Assembly (NCBI RefSeq): GCF_006345805.1
Contig: NW_021833743.1
Coordinates: forward strand, 7,487-71,486
DNA: 64,000 bases
Direction: 5' to 3'
Origin: Octopus sinensis
Taxonomy: Eukaryota
Shown one piece after another: positions 1 to 12,446 of this stretch. Within the stretch, counting starts at the first letter, position 1. Every line of letters begins with the position of its first letter. The notes beneath the pieces were generated by a model. That model had not been told where the DNA came from, did no database searches, and saw only the letters and a list, made by a program, of their open reading frames with translations. Both the position numbers and the translations under genes were made by a program.

Positions 1-75
1 CTAAGCATTTCCCCTGGCATGCTAAGGTTCTGTCAGCTCACTGCCTTCAATAATAATAACAATAAATAAGGATAA

Positions 76-293
76 TAATAATCCTTTCTACTATAGGCAC
101 AAGGTCTGAAATTTGGAGGAGGGACGTAGTTGATTACATCGACCCCAGTACTCAACTGGTACTTATTTTACCATCCCCCAAAAGATGAAAGCCAGTGTTG
201 ACCTCAGTGAAATCTGAACTCAGAACATAGAGATGGGTGAAATACCACTAAGCATTTCGTTCAGCATGCTAACGATTCTGCCAGCTCAATGCC

Positions 294-296
<3 letters not shown>
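76..296 (-). mobile_element. tRNA-derived SINE, family B (GGCGAGCTGGCAGAA... head), diverged copy
   Basis: Reverse complement matches the copies at 923-1137 and 52880-53112 (TTCTGAGTTCA..., TTTCATCTTTT, GGGGTCGATGTAATC), with an (AAT)-rich tail. Further fragments at about 1-48, 468-625, 14100-14300, 20740-20870, 34065-34285, 45480-45640 and 59190-59305. Confidence 0.8.
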
Positions 297-347
<51 letters not shown>

Positions 348-662
348 TTGATTTCATTTATTTGCCACAAGGGTGAAGGATAAGAGGACATTACAAAGAC
401 AGACATAAAGTCTGCGGGTTTACATATACGAAATGATAAAAAAGTATAATTATAACAACAATAATGATTCTTCTACTCTAGGCACAAGGCCCGAAAGTTT
501 TGAGGAGAGGACTAGTTGATTACATCAACCACAGTGTTTCACTAGGTGTTTATTTTATTGACCCTGAAAGGATAAAATATAAAGTCAACCATGGCAGAAT
601 TTGAACTCAGAACATGAAGACAGCCAAACTAATAATAATAATGATGATAATAATGATAAAAT

Positions 663-860
663 ATCAGCACTCAACTACCAACATGGCTGAAAAAAATCGG
701 TGCAAGTGTGAAGATAAAACACTTACAAAAATCAGCATTGCTTGGATCTGCAAGAATTCTTTGCAGGGTTCTTGAAGTATGATTAGTAAAACAAGTGTCA
801 CCTTAGTCTACTGGCTGTGGACTGATGACACTTTCCATCATACCCAGCAATATAAGCTGT
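663..860 (+). mobile_element. 3' end of an R4/Dong-like (restriction-like endonuclease) non-LTR retrotransposon
   Basis: 663-782 translates to ISTQLPTWLKKIGASVKIKHLQKSALLGSARILCRVLEV*. LQKSALLGxARIL is the typical C-terminus of REL-endonuclease LINEs. A short 3' UTR follows. Confidence 0.75.
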
Positions 861-922
861 TAGTTTTAACAATAGATTCTGAAAAACATTGTGCAGTGTT
901 TAATATGATATAAATGGGAAAT

Positions 923-1137
923 AAGTTGGCAAGCTGGCAGAAACGTTAGCACGCCAAGTGAAATGCTTCAGGTATTTCGTCTGTCTTTACGATCTGAGGT
1001 CAAATTTCACTGAGGTCGACTTTGCCTTACATCCTTTCGGGGTCAGTAAATTAAGTACCAGTTGAGTACCAGGGTCAATCCAATCGACTGCCCCACCCCA
1101 CCTAAAATTTCAGGCTTTGTGCCTAGATTAGAAAAGA
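923..1137 (+). mobile_element. tRNA-derived SINE, family B, full length with target-site duplication
   Basis: Perfect 15-bp TSD ATATAAATGGGAAAT at 908-922 and 1138-1152. Body matches 52880-53112. Confidence 0.9.
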
Positions 1138-2222
1138 ATATAAATGGGAAATTTCAAGGACTCTAAATAGTTGTCAGGGACTCATAATGTTACTAAGCCT
1201 TAACTTGGAGTTTATTAGACTGTACTATATAGATGAGAAAGAAAACTCCTCTCAGAGAAAAACTTCACCTTTCATTAGTGTACCACATGTAAGATTTTCA
1301 GTAGATCTAGTGATAATTCTTGGCAATTTGTTGTTTGTGTTGATAAACAGCATTTCTGTCCGAGACCTTACGTTGACTCCTGCTGAAGGGTATTCCAGCC
1401 TTGACTCTCCTCATATCTAATTTTATTTTACAGACAATGTATTTCAAAAGAACTCACTGTAAATTTACTCATCATACAATCTGTGATTTTTACATGAAAA
1501 CCTTTATTGATTCCTGGTTTAAGCCATTGGTCCGTGACCATGTTGCAGCACAACCTTGAAGAGTATAGTTGAACAAAGCGACCCCAATATTTTTTTTTCT
1601 TTTGAAGTTTGATACTTATTCCTGTGGTCTCTTGCCAAACCACTAAGTTAGAGGGACAAAGGCATGCCAACACTAGTTGTCAAGCAGTGAAGGGACACAA
1701 AGGCACACATACACATATGTGTGTGTGTGTGTGTGAGAGAGAGAGAGTGTCTTTGTCTTCTACTATTGCTTGACAACTGATGTTGACTTGTTTCCATCCT
1801 TGTAACTTAGTGGTTTGGCAAAAGACTTATAGAATAAGTGTGTGCTTGTGCATACACACACATATATACATATACATACATAAACATGTATACATACACA
1901 TATACATATATATACACACATATACACACACATATATATATATATATATACATATGCATATATGTATAAATATATATATATACACACACACACACACATA
2001 TATATATATACATATATATATATACATATATATATACATAGCAATGTAACTACACATGTGCCACTGATGATTTCTTTTCCTTCTTTGGACTTTTCCTTTT
2101 CTCCTTTCCAGCAAAGAGCTATGCTCGAAATGTCAAAGTCTCTCCTTTCAATGAGCGTCAAGCTAAGACATTTCTTATGCATGTCCTCATGTTGTTCATT
2201 TTTATTTGTTTATTTGACTTGA

Positions 2223-2289
<67 letters not shown>

Positions 2290-2290
<1 letters not shown>

Positions 2291-2480
2291 TTTTATTAAA
2301 GCTGCAGAATTATTACAAGACTTTTAGAGTTTCTTGTTCCTGCTCATCAGAGAATTGTAATGCGAAGCTCTGCGTAAAAGCCTTATGATAATTTTGCAGC
2401 TTTAATAAAAGCATGTTACTCTACCTTTTGTATTTGAGTACTATATCCCACATCTTGTTTTGCACTTATATGCTCAGCTG
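2290..2480. mobile_element. Foldback element with a decayed hammerhead (HHR family 4), Penelope-like derivative
   Basis: 17-bp perfect inverted repeat at 2290-2306/2395-2411. The minus strand reads CTGATGA GCAGGAACAA GAAACTC (core at 2344-2350). Related to 26232-26403 and 53685-53905. Confidence 0.6.
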
Positions 2481-2764
2481 TGCATGTATATATACATATA
2501 TATGTTTGAAAAAACGAGTAGAGATGGCTATTTTGGGGGATAATTTTTATTTTAATTACAATGTTTACAGTGAATTACTTTGTGAATAGGCATTTGAAAA
2601 CAATGAATAGGTGTTTGAAAACAACTATTTGAAGCTTGAAACTCATATCAGAGTAACTCACTCTAAACATTATCAAAATAAAAATTATCCCCGCAAAAAT
2701 CCATCTCTACTCATTTTTACAAATATATAATACTGTACCAGGAACTTTCTTTTTATTATTCTAC

Positions 2765-2798
<34 letters not shown>

Positions 2799-2840
2799 AA
2801 TATATATATATATATATAATATATATATATATATATGCAC

Positions 2841-2871
<31 letters not shown>

Positions 2872-4171
2872 TGAAGGGCTTCACAAGAGTCTATCAAAGT
2901 TGCTCACAAGGCACTGGTCTGCCCAAAGCTATAGTAAAAGACACCTGCCCAAGGTGCTGGCCACACAATGGGAATGGAACCCGAAACCACATTAAGAAGC
3001 TCAATGGTAAAGCAAGTTTCTTAACCAAGCAGTCATGCATGCACCAAATTTATCGACCTCATTCCAAAACACATTACAATTTACTCTTCAACCAATCTGT
3101 GGTGTTTATATGAATATCACTTCAATTTATTGACATCATTTCAAAACACATTGGAATTTCAGTCTTCAATCAACCTGTGCGTGTTCAACAATAAAATCCA
3201 AAGTTCAAAGAAATCTTATACAAAGAAAAACTCCATTTGGCAAACAACTTCAATAAACGATCTGATCATACAAAACGACTGTAGTGTTAATTTGTTTATT
3301 GGTATTCAGGTCTAAGAGGGAGGTTTTTGTCATCTCATTCCACTGCTTCATTCCTCTGCTTCTTCTATATTGCATCACTGAATAGGTTCAACCATTTTTT
3401 TTTCTCCACATGATTTTTTTTACCGATTCCATGTTAGTACTATAAATATTTACTGGCTTTGGGTTGAGTTGCCACAATGTTTGTCATAGGTTCAAGTCAT
3501 GCCATGACAACACTTTTGTGTCTCTGATTGCAACATAAATTGCTTATGTTTTATCCTTTACTCATTTCAATTTTTGGGCAGTGGCCATGCTGGAGCACTG
3601 CCTTAAAGGGAAGGGATTTAGTCAAGCAAATCAATCCCAGTATTTGTGTTTTTTCTTTTTACGTCAGTTACTTATTCTGTTGGTCTCTTGCCACACTGCT
3701 AAGTTACAGGGGATGTAAACAAACCAGCACTAGCTGTCAGTATGTGTTGAATGACAAACAGACACAAATATACACACACACCCATTACATCACCTGATGA
3801 GGCTTCCTGCACTGTGCAATGCATCTGATGTCATTACATCATTCCCCACCCACTTGGGAGCAGTGGTCCTTCAGTTTCTCTAAGCCCTGTAAAAGAACTC
3901 AGATGGTTGGGCCTCCATCCAGACCTTTTGTGATACCCTCATATATGTATGGACACATGAGAGAGTAGATAAACAAAAAGTGGCACCCAACACTTTCTTC
4001 TCCTGATATCTGATGTGGTTGGTTCATCCTATACACCCATTACACTTTATGTCAAATGGAGCCAGGTCAGACTGTTTTTTAAAAGACATATATGACAGAC
4101 TATCAAACAGTTTCTGTCTAATAAATTCACTCATGAGGTATTGGTCAGCTTGGCGCTATAGAAGAAGAAAC

Positions 4172-4518
4172 TTGTTAACAACAAACAAGATGAGGACAAA
4201 TATCTGTCGAAAGTAAATAATGTAATTATTATTATTATATTATTATTATTATTATTATTATCATTATTACTATTATCATTATTACTATTATAATTATTAT
4301 TATTCAGGTCACTGCCTGGTATCAAACGTGGAATCTTGGGGTTAGTAGTGCATGCTCTTAACCACTATGCCATATGCCCATGGTTCAAAATTTCCCCAAG
4401 ACACCCAATGAAGGCTAGAGGGTATATCAGCCGAAGCGTGTTAATAAACAAGATGAGGACAAATATCTGTCAAATGTTAATAATGTACATAATTCCTCAT
4501 CTCTTAAATAGGGAACTG
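4172..4518. mobile_element. Rearranged tRNA-Arg SINE with a hammerhead tail (HHR family 2), degenerate
   Basis: Plus-strand tail end at 4172-4225. Minus-strand (AAT)n plus tRNA head at 4226-4383, with A box TGGCATAGTGG, B-box-like GTTTGATACC and an AAGATTCC variable loop as in tRNA-Arg(ACG). Plus-strand HHR tail at 4384-4518 with a mutated core (CCAATGA, GAAG). Confidence 0.75.
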
Positions 4519-4759
4519 CATACTCATCATGTTCTCTCTTTTTGAGGGCCATGATTTATAGCTGGATGTCCTTCTTAATACCAACCTTTTTATTCATCTC
4601 TCACCATACACAGGAACACAGTGAACCTATTTTAAAACCAGGATACACACAGAATGCATGTGTATGTGTGTGTGTGTGTGTATAATTTCAGTTTGTAACT
4701 GCTGATTTACATTCATATACACCAAGTCACACACACACACACTAACTAATTAATTAACT

Positions 4760-5082
4760 GGTACTTCTTTGGTCATGACGACGAGGGTTCCATTTGATCT
4801 GATCGATGAAGCAACCTGCTCATGGAATAAACATGCAAGTGGCTGAGTACTCCACAGACTTGTGTACTCTAAATGTAGTTCTGAGGGAGATCCTGCCTGA
4901 CACAGAATGTGACAAGGCTGGCCCTTTTGAAATACAGACAATGCTCATTTTTGCCAACTAAGTGGACTGGAACAATGTGAAATGAAGGGTCTTGCTCAAG
5001 GACACACTGCGCTACCAGGAATTGAACTCAGAACCTTATGATTGAGAGCCGATTACTCTAACCACTAAGCCATGTGCCTTCA
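4760..5082 (-). mobile_element. tRNA-derived SINE, family C/D hybrid
   Basis: Head (GAAGGCACATGGCTTAGTGGTTAGAG... on minus) matches 15950-16273. 3' part matches 53490-53661. Confidence 0.75.
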
Positions 5083-6299
5083 AACATACATATGCACACA
5101 CACACACACACACACGTATACACATTTTCATAGGCAGCCATTGATGATCAGCGATGACTGACCATAGGAAATGCCATGCATTATAGTATTAAGTAGTATT
5201 AGTAAGTGAAATGACCCCTTTGACCGAGATCTGTCCCTTTGCTGCTGTGGTCCAGCTGCGAGTCTCACTGTCTGATTTCATTGTCATCTTACACATATAC
5301 ACTAACATATACACACAAGCTTACATATGTACAGACAAACACACACACACACAGTCTCTTGTTGTAAGTTGTAATGTAACATCAATAGAAGAGATCAGTT
5401 ACTGTGATGATGGTGATGGTAGTGATGATGATGGAGGTGGTGATAGTGATGGTGGTGGTGGTGATGATGACAGGAGTGATGATGACAGGAGTGATGATGA
5501 TGATGATGGCAGTGGTGTTGGTGATGGGGACGAGTGCAGTGGTTATTGTTGAGGGAGTTCTTGGTATGTGGTTATGTGAGGGAGAAGGAGCAAAACGGGA
5601 GTGGTTTTGAGGGCAACGTGGGCCAAGTAGTGGCAATGATGGTAGCTTGGTAAAGTGTGTACGCATGTGTGTGTGTGTGTGTGTGAAGTAAGGATGAGGT
5701 AGGAGGTGGAAGTAGAGTGAGAGAGGGAGGGTGATGTGTGTCGTTTATTGATTTTACTGTCTGTTATGGTATCTGAGAACACATCTATACACACATACAC
5801 ACACATACACACACATGCAGCGCTTGAACAGTAAAGAAGAGAGAGACAACAGAAGCTGCAACAGAAACATTAGTGGCAATAACAACAACAACAACAAGGA
5901 CCCTACCTCCAGCCCACCCCTTCTGCTGACAACAACAACAACTGTGGAAGTTGCAATGATTAATAGCAAAAATACTATTAAAAAAAAACAAGTTGCAACA
6001 AAAAAATATAAACATATACACACAATACTCCATATATAAACATACACGCACATACACACGTTTGTGTGTATGTGTATATTTGTAAATGGAGGACTGTGTG
6101 TATATATAGTCATATATAAATACACACATGCACGTTTGTGTATGTATATATGTCTATATACAAGTGTGTGTGTGTGTGTGTGTGTGTAAATACAAACATA
6201 CACAGACATATACTTGTATACATACCTACATATATAGACACATATACACACAAAGATACACATGTATATACACACTGAGAAACACTGATGTATACACAT

Positions 6300-6348
<49 letters not shown>

Positions 6349-6545
6349 CACATACTATTGACAATAATTCTGTTTTAAGTTTCTATTTCCAAACCAGTTG
6401 TTATGATGTTAACTATGTATGTCAAATATTTTTGCTGGTTTGAAATATTTGAAGTAAACAACTGGTAGTTTGGTGTATGCTTATCATGGATGGTGGTTCT
6501 GTTGAGCCACAAAAGGAGACACTGTTGAAACGAATAGAACCACTG

Positions 6546-6773
6546 CTGAGCCAAGGAGACATTCCCTTTTTTTTTTAGTCAAGGATGCGTTCCTTTTTTA
6601 AGCCAATGGGACATTCCCTTTTTTTTTTGAGCCAAAGAGACATATCCTTTTTTTGAGCCAAGGGGACATTTCCTTTTTTTGAGTCAAGGAGACATCCTTC
6701 TTTTGAGCCAAAGAGACATATCCTTTTTTTGAGCCAAGGAGACATTTCCTTTTCTGAGCCAAGGTGGCATTCC
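6546..6773 (+). repeat. Minisatellite, 9 units of GAGCCAAGGRGACATTYCC plus variable poly-T (about 24-30 bp)
   Basis: Directly visible tandem units that differ mainly in T-run length. Confidence 0.9.
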
Positions 6774-7436
6774 TATTGAGACATGGAGAGCTAATGTGGT
6801 ACCAAATATTGAACCTAGGAAGGATCCCTTATCGAGTGAGTATGTGGTGGTAATGAAGATGGTACTGATGATGGTGGTAAAGGTGCAACAAATGGAAATG
6901 AACAATTGAATAACACATCAACCATGGTAACGTTATTTCCTCACTGCAAGACAATGGGCCAATGGTTAATCAGAACATCCAGACCTAATTTATTAAAGGT
7001 CCCAAGGTTCAATTCCTAATGCAGCTCAGAGTGTCAACTTGAAAATACTTATTAGCTGTGAAAAAAGAAGACATAGAATAGAAATCATCCCATTTGCATC
7101 CTGCAGTTCTTGCTTTCCCATCTGCTTCATTTTTACTTTTACAAGCGTCAAATCCTGCCATTTACTCTGGCAACGTTCATGCATTCACTCATATAATTAT
7201 CATCATTTAACTGTCATCTTTCCATTCTTGCACATGTCAAACACAATTTATTGAGGCAGATTTTTCGCAGCTGGATGCCTTTCCTGTTGCTAACCCTAAA
7301 CTGTTTCCAAGCTTGATAATATTTCCTCCATGGAAAACTGGAAAATTCACATCTCGATATCAAGAGAAGGATATATAGAAATACACACAAATGGGTAAAC
7401 ACGTGTGTGTGTGTATACACACTAAAAATTAGTAAA

Positions 7437-7763
7437 GAGCCCTCTCTGTCATGAATGGGCATGTGATTGCACCTAGAAAGTTATGCTCCACGGCACAAGT
7501 CTGGGAAATGTTGTTTATAGAAGACCAGCAGTTAGCCATGCATATCAGCCTCTACAACACCGATGTTATCCCAGGGAAAGACAAAGACTGATGCAACTTG
7601 GCTCCAGTGATGTCACAACTTATTTCTATAGATGAGTGACCTGGAGCAAAGTGAAATAAAGTGTCTTGCTCAAGGACACAACATACCACCCGGTCAGGGA
7701 ATTGAACTCACTACATCATGATTGTGAGCCTGATGCTCTAACCACCGAGCCATGCACCTTCAC
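7437..7763 (-). mobile_element. tRNA-derived SINE, family C
   Basis: Reverse complement of the family seen at 15950-16273 (GTGAAGGTGCATGGCTC...GCAAGACACTTTATTTCAC). Confidence 0.8.
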
Positions 7764-7888
7764 ACTCACAAGGTCAGCCCAGGGTTACTACAGAAAGCAC
7801 CTGCTCTGGGTGCTGCACAGTGGGATTGAACCAGAGACGGGACGGTTGCGAAGCAAGGTTTTTAACCACGATACCTTGTTTATAGTAC

Positions 7889-7978
7889 CTGAAAGTGCTT
7901 CATCCTTGTTTTCACATGTCACAATTACATGTGGGCCATCATCGCTTTCACCTGTGCTTTGTCCTCCTCTTTTTACAC
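7889..7978 (-). CDS. Candidate internal coding exon (possible cytoplasmic tail), unknown gene
   Basis: CAG|GT acceptor with a weak pyrimidine tract and CAG|GTACTA donor. 90 nt, phase 1-1, open: xVKRGGQSTGESDDGPHVIVTCENKDEALS. In frame with 8092-8193 across a 113-nt intron. No homolog recognised. Confidence 0.3.
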
Positions 7979-8091
7979 CTGATTCCTTTGTTCAAATGTC
8001 AAAAGTTCATACAGTAGCCGCATCTTAGCATCATAGTCAATGAAGACATTGTATAATTGCCAAAAACTATATGTTAGCTAGCAGTACTTAC

Positions 8092-8193
8092 TGCACCCGA
8101 CTTGTCCTGTCTTACAAAGACAAGACAATATTATTGCTAGTAGTAGTAGTAGCAGCAGCAGGAAGATAGATATGTGCCAAAAAATTGGTGCAT
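8092..8193 (-). CDS. Candidate transmembrane-helix exon, unknown gene
   Basis: Strong acceptor (TTTTTCTTTTTCTTAG|) and consensus donor (CA|GTAAGTA). 102 nt, phase 1-1, open: xAPIFWHISIFLLLLLLLLAIILSCLCKTGQVGC. Caveat: the poly-Leu is a CTG/CTA microsatellite. Confidence 0.4.
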
Positions 8194-8477
8194 CTAAGAA
8201 AAAGAAAAATGTTTTTTTTTTTAACAATGGTGTCAGGGGAGAAAAAATCAGATAATCAAGGACAGAACTATTCAAATATTTTTCTTCATTAGTAAATGTA
8301 TTGTCTACATTTCTGTCTTATTTCTCTCATAACACTCGCATTTTATATTTATACATATTTACACATACACACACACACGTTTGTCTATTTATACATATGC
8401 AACAGACAACACAAAGATCTATGGACACAGAAATATATAAACAAATGTGTATAAACATTAGCTGTATGTGTGTATGA

Positions 8478-8540
<63 letters not shown>

Positions 8541-8620
8541 ATAATTTGTGACAGACAGCCAAATGTTTCACTTCTATCAGTATTGAAAATGCTTTAAAAA
8601 GTCATAGTTCAAATCTAAGA

Positions 8621-8663
<43 letters not shown>

Positions 8664-8664
8664 T

Positions 8665-8763
<99 letters not shown>

Positions 8764-8873
8764 CACACACGTGTTCATACAATAAGTCTTTTATATAGCA
8801 AGTATGTATACAGCACATGCACATATATAATCACTCCCAATATTTTTGTGGACAGAAAGAAATGCAAAAACAG

Positions 8874-8910
<37 letters not shown>

Positions 8911-8944
8911 TACTTAGTTGTGCCATTTATTTACTAATTTGTAT

Positions 8945-9025
<81 letters not shown>

Positions 9026-9693
9026 TGTATGTGTGTGTATGTATATAGATCGCCAGCCTCCTCTGGCCCCTTTGCCGGTGGCATGTAAAAAGCATCCACT
9101 ACACTCACGGGGTCGTTGATGTTAGGAAGGGCATCCAGCTGTAGAAACCCTGCCAGATCAGACTGGAGCCTGGTTGAACCATCCAACCCATGCTAACATG
9201 GAAAATGGACGTTAAATGATGATGATGATGATATATGTATATATATATACACACACACATATATATATATACATATATATATGTATACGTGTATATTTTT
9301 TTCTCCACACAAACATACATGAACTATTAGAACGGTATGTCATCTTCATCATTGTATGATACTCAGCTCTTTTATAAGTTTGTATTTTCAGGTGCACTAA
9401 AGGACTCAATTCCAAAGGCAGAGTCAAACTAATATTTATAATCAATACTCAAAAACAGTGAATATCACTAAAACTTCAAAGTAAACAATGACCACATAAG
9501 AGTGCATCCTTTTGATGCAAGTTTGTTGAAGTGCCACCCTAATGTATAAAACTGCAAATATTATGTTACTTTTCTCAAGGAACTTTTGAGTGCATGGATG
9601 TTAAAACAGAGGTACTGAAACAATTGTAAAGGGTCATTAAAGATGTGCTAAGCTCTTCCTTTGTCTCCTTATTTGGAATATATATATATATTA

Positions 9694-9738
<45 letters not shown>

Positions 9739-9782
9739 GGTGAATGAATTATCCTATGTTTATCGCCAGCATGGAAAATTCG

Positions 9783-9814
<32 letters not shown>

Positions 9815-10327
9815 ACACACACACACACCAATACACAAACACCTATATATATATGTGTGCATGTATATATATATATATATCTTACACATCTATACACAAT
9901 ATTTATGTGTGTATGCACATACACTTATAGGTCTCTCTTTCATATATCTATGTACATGTATATGTGTGTTCATATCTACGTGCATATGTGTGTGTGTGTG
10001 TGTTATAGCACGAGAGACAAATCAATAGCGACTACTCTTAAGAGCTTCCGTTTGTATAAAGCCATCAGCATGTGTTGACACACTGACATCAATCATTCTC
10101 CTCCAACATCACCAGACCAAACACACACACACACACACACGTACACACGAGTAGCCATTAGCGTATTGTGTGTTGTTTGAAACATCAATGGGACATAGCT
10201 GGTTATGTATCTCCGACTTTGGGTACATATTGAACTTGTGTTCCCGTACATGTCGCTCACAAGTAACAAACATGTTTATCAGAACCATATTATGCCTGCA
10301 AACATATATATGTATATGTATGTATGC

Positions 10328-10713
10328 TTTTACTTGTTCCAATCATTTTACTGCGGCCATGCTGGATCACCGCCTTCAGTCGAGAAAATCAACCCCAGGA
10401 CTTATTCTTTGTAAGCCTAGTACTTATTCTATCGGTCTCTTTTGCCGAACCGCTAGATTACAGGGTCGTAAACACACCAGCATTGGTTGTCAAGCGATGT
10501 TGTGGGGAGGGGGGTGGGACAAATACAGACACACAAACACACACACATATTTATATACATATACATGTATACGACGGGCTTCTTTTCAGTTTCCGTCTAC
10601 CAAATTTACTCACAAGACTTTGGTCGGCCCGAGGCTATAGTAGAAGATATTTGCCCAAAGTGCAACCATGTGGTTGGTAAGCAAGCTACTTATCACACAG
10701 CCACTCCTGCGCC
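10328..10713 (-). mobile_element. tRNA-derived SINE, family A (GGAGTGGCTGTGTG...GAAACAAGTAAAAGA), with an internal deletion
   Basis: Matches the many family A copies and carries the internal (TA/CA) microsatellite. Partial copies at about 1590-1830, 2870-3035, 3560-3770, 26730-26930, 41210-41370, 48520-48750 and 57090-57360. Confidence 0.85.
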
Positions 10714-10862
10714 TATATATATATATATATATACACCACACATATAAACACACACACACACATATACACAAACATACATACATACACACACACGTATATA
10801 TATATATACACACACTATACACACACACACATATATATATACACACACATATATTCACACAA

Positions 10863-10895
<33 letters not shown>

Positions 10896-11256
10896 GAGTC
10901 ATGTTATTGATATTGTTGCTGGTGTTCTTGTGGTTTAGCCCCAAGTGTTAATCCTTGCTCCAACAGAACTATGATGAAAAGGGATTCTAATCATGTCCAC
11001 ACTGGTTTTTTCTTCCTTCTTAGGAATAATGTGCCTAGGGCTATATCAAAAGCAAGCATGTGCATGCCCCTGTGGTCTCTATCAATTTATGACAAGTGGC
11101 CAATTAAGCAAAAATTAATACAAAGTATATATTTTTCCTTTAAATACAAATAGATTCCTCATAATAAGGTAAAATAAATGCTTCGTGCTGTACTGGGACT
11201 CTGAAGTTTGACTTTGGAGTCCCATTACAGTGTGAGGCGTTTACTTGTAGTAATAG

Positions 11257-11440
11257 CCCTTAATACAGCTTGGCACCAGAGACGTCACAACTCAGTTCTA
11301 CAGCTGAGTGAACTGAAGCAACGTGAAATCAAGTGTCTTGCTCAAGAACACAACACCCAGCCCGGTCCGGTCCGGGAATCGAACTCACAACCTCACGATT
11401 GTAAGCTCTATGCTCTAACCATTGAGCCATGCGCCTTCAC
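11257..11440 (-). mobile_element. tRNA-derived SINE, family C, 5' half
   Basis: Minus strand reads GTGAAGGCGCATGGCTCAATGGTTAGAGC...GAGTTCGATTCCC, with recognisable A and B boxes. Confidence 0.85.
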
Positions 11441-11575
11441 ATATACATATATATATATATATATTATATATAATATATATATATACTCACTCTTGTGTGT
11501 ATGTATGTATATGTGTATATATATATATATTTTTATATATACACACTTTTCTGTGTGTGTGTATGTATGTATGTA

Positions 11576-11607
<32 letters not shown>

Positions 11608-11638
11608 ATATATATATTATATATATATATATATATAT

Positions 11639-12446
11639 ATGTCTGTATTTAATTTTACTGTTTACCTATATAATCGGCGGCTACGTATCCACAATTGTCC
11701 TTATACGATAAGTATATTTTTTTCTCAAGCTTTGATACGACTCTTAATCTGTCTTTTCTCTCTCTCTCCCTCCTCCCTTATTCCACTTCCGTTCTTTCCC
11801 TCTCCATCCGTCCCCCCCCCCTTTCTACGTTTCTCTATCTCTCTCACCTCCAGCCCCCTCGATCTGTCTCTTTTTCTCTCCTCCCTCGTCCACCTTCTCT
11901 CCCTTTTCATCTGTCCCTTTCTCCTGTCTTTTGTTCTCACGTGACAGCTAGCCGCTGTTGAGCGCTCTTTTCGTTTTCAGCAGCCTCAGAAGCAACACGG
12001 ATTTGTTCGTCTCCCCGTGGCCTTTAGGCACAACTTCACAAGCCAGCCCCTACTCAAATCGTCCTGTCGAAAGACCCTTGTCCTACGTCCTGGTTTTGTT
12101 TTGTTGTTTATTTATTATTTTTTATTTTACCGTTATTGTTTTTACGTTTTTGTATTCTTATTGGTGTCACGTATTCTGTATTTTTGTTTGTGTACTTCGA
12201 TCGTTTTCCGTCCTTTCGTTGTATACATTCGAAGCTTTCTTCCAGGGGATCTAATGCGCTTGGCTTAGATTTCCCTTGCTGGCTGGCCATATCGGAGCAA
12301 TCTCAAGATTAATCAGCCGAAATTGCTAAGATGATCTGGTTCTTGACTGATGACTGAGGGCTTCGAATGTCCCGTCCTGTGGTTCTTGTGTCGTCTCTGT
12401 GGTGTTTCATGTTCTTGTCCATGTCTGTATTTAATTTTACTGTTTA

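Noticed and set aside
3794-3830. CTGATGA motif (also at about 822, 17995 and 23477)
   Set aside because: No correctly placed GAAA or closing stems.
6955-7025. tRNA-like stretch with A- and B-box-like motifs
   Set aside because: It cannot fold into a cloverleaf. At most it is a decayed SINE head.
9392-9432. Plus-strand terminal exon candidate GALKDSIPKAESN*
   Set aside because: Good acceptor, but too short and with no linked upstream exon or homology.
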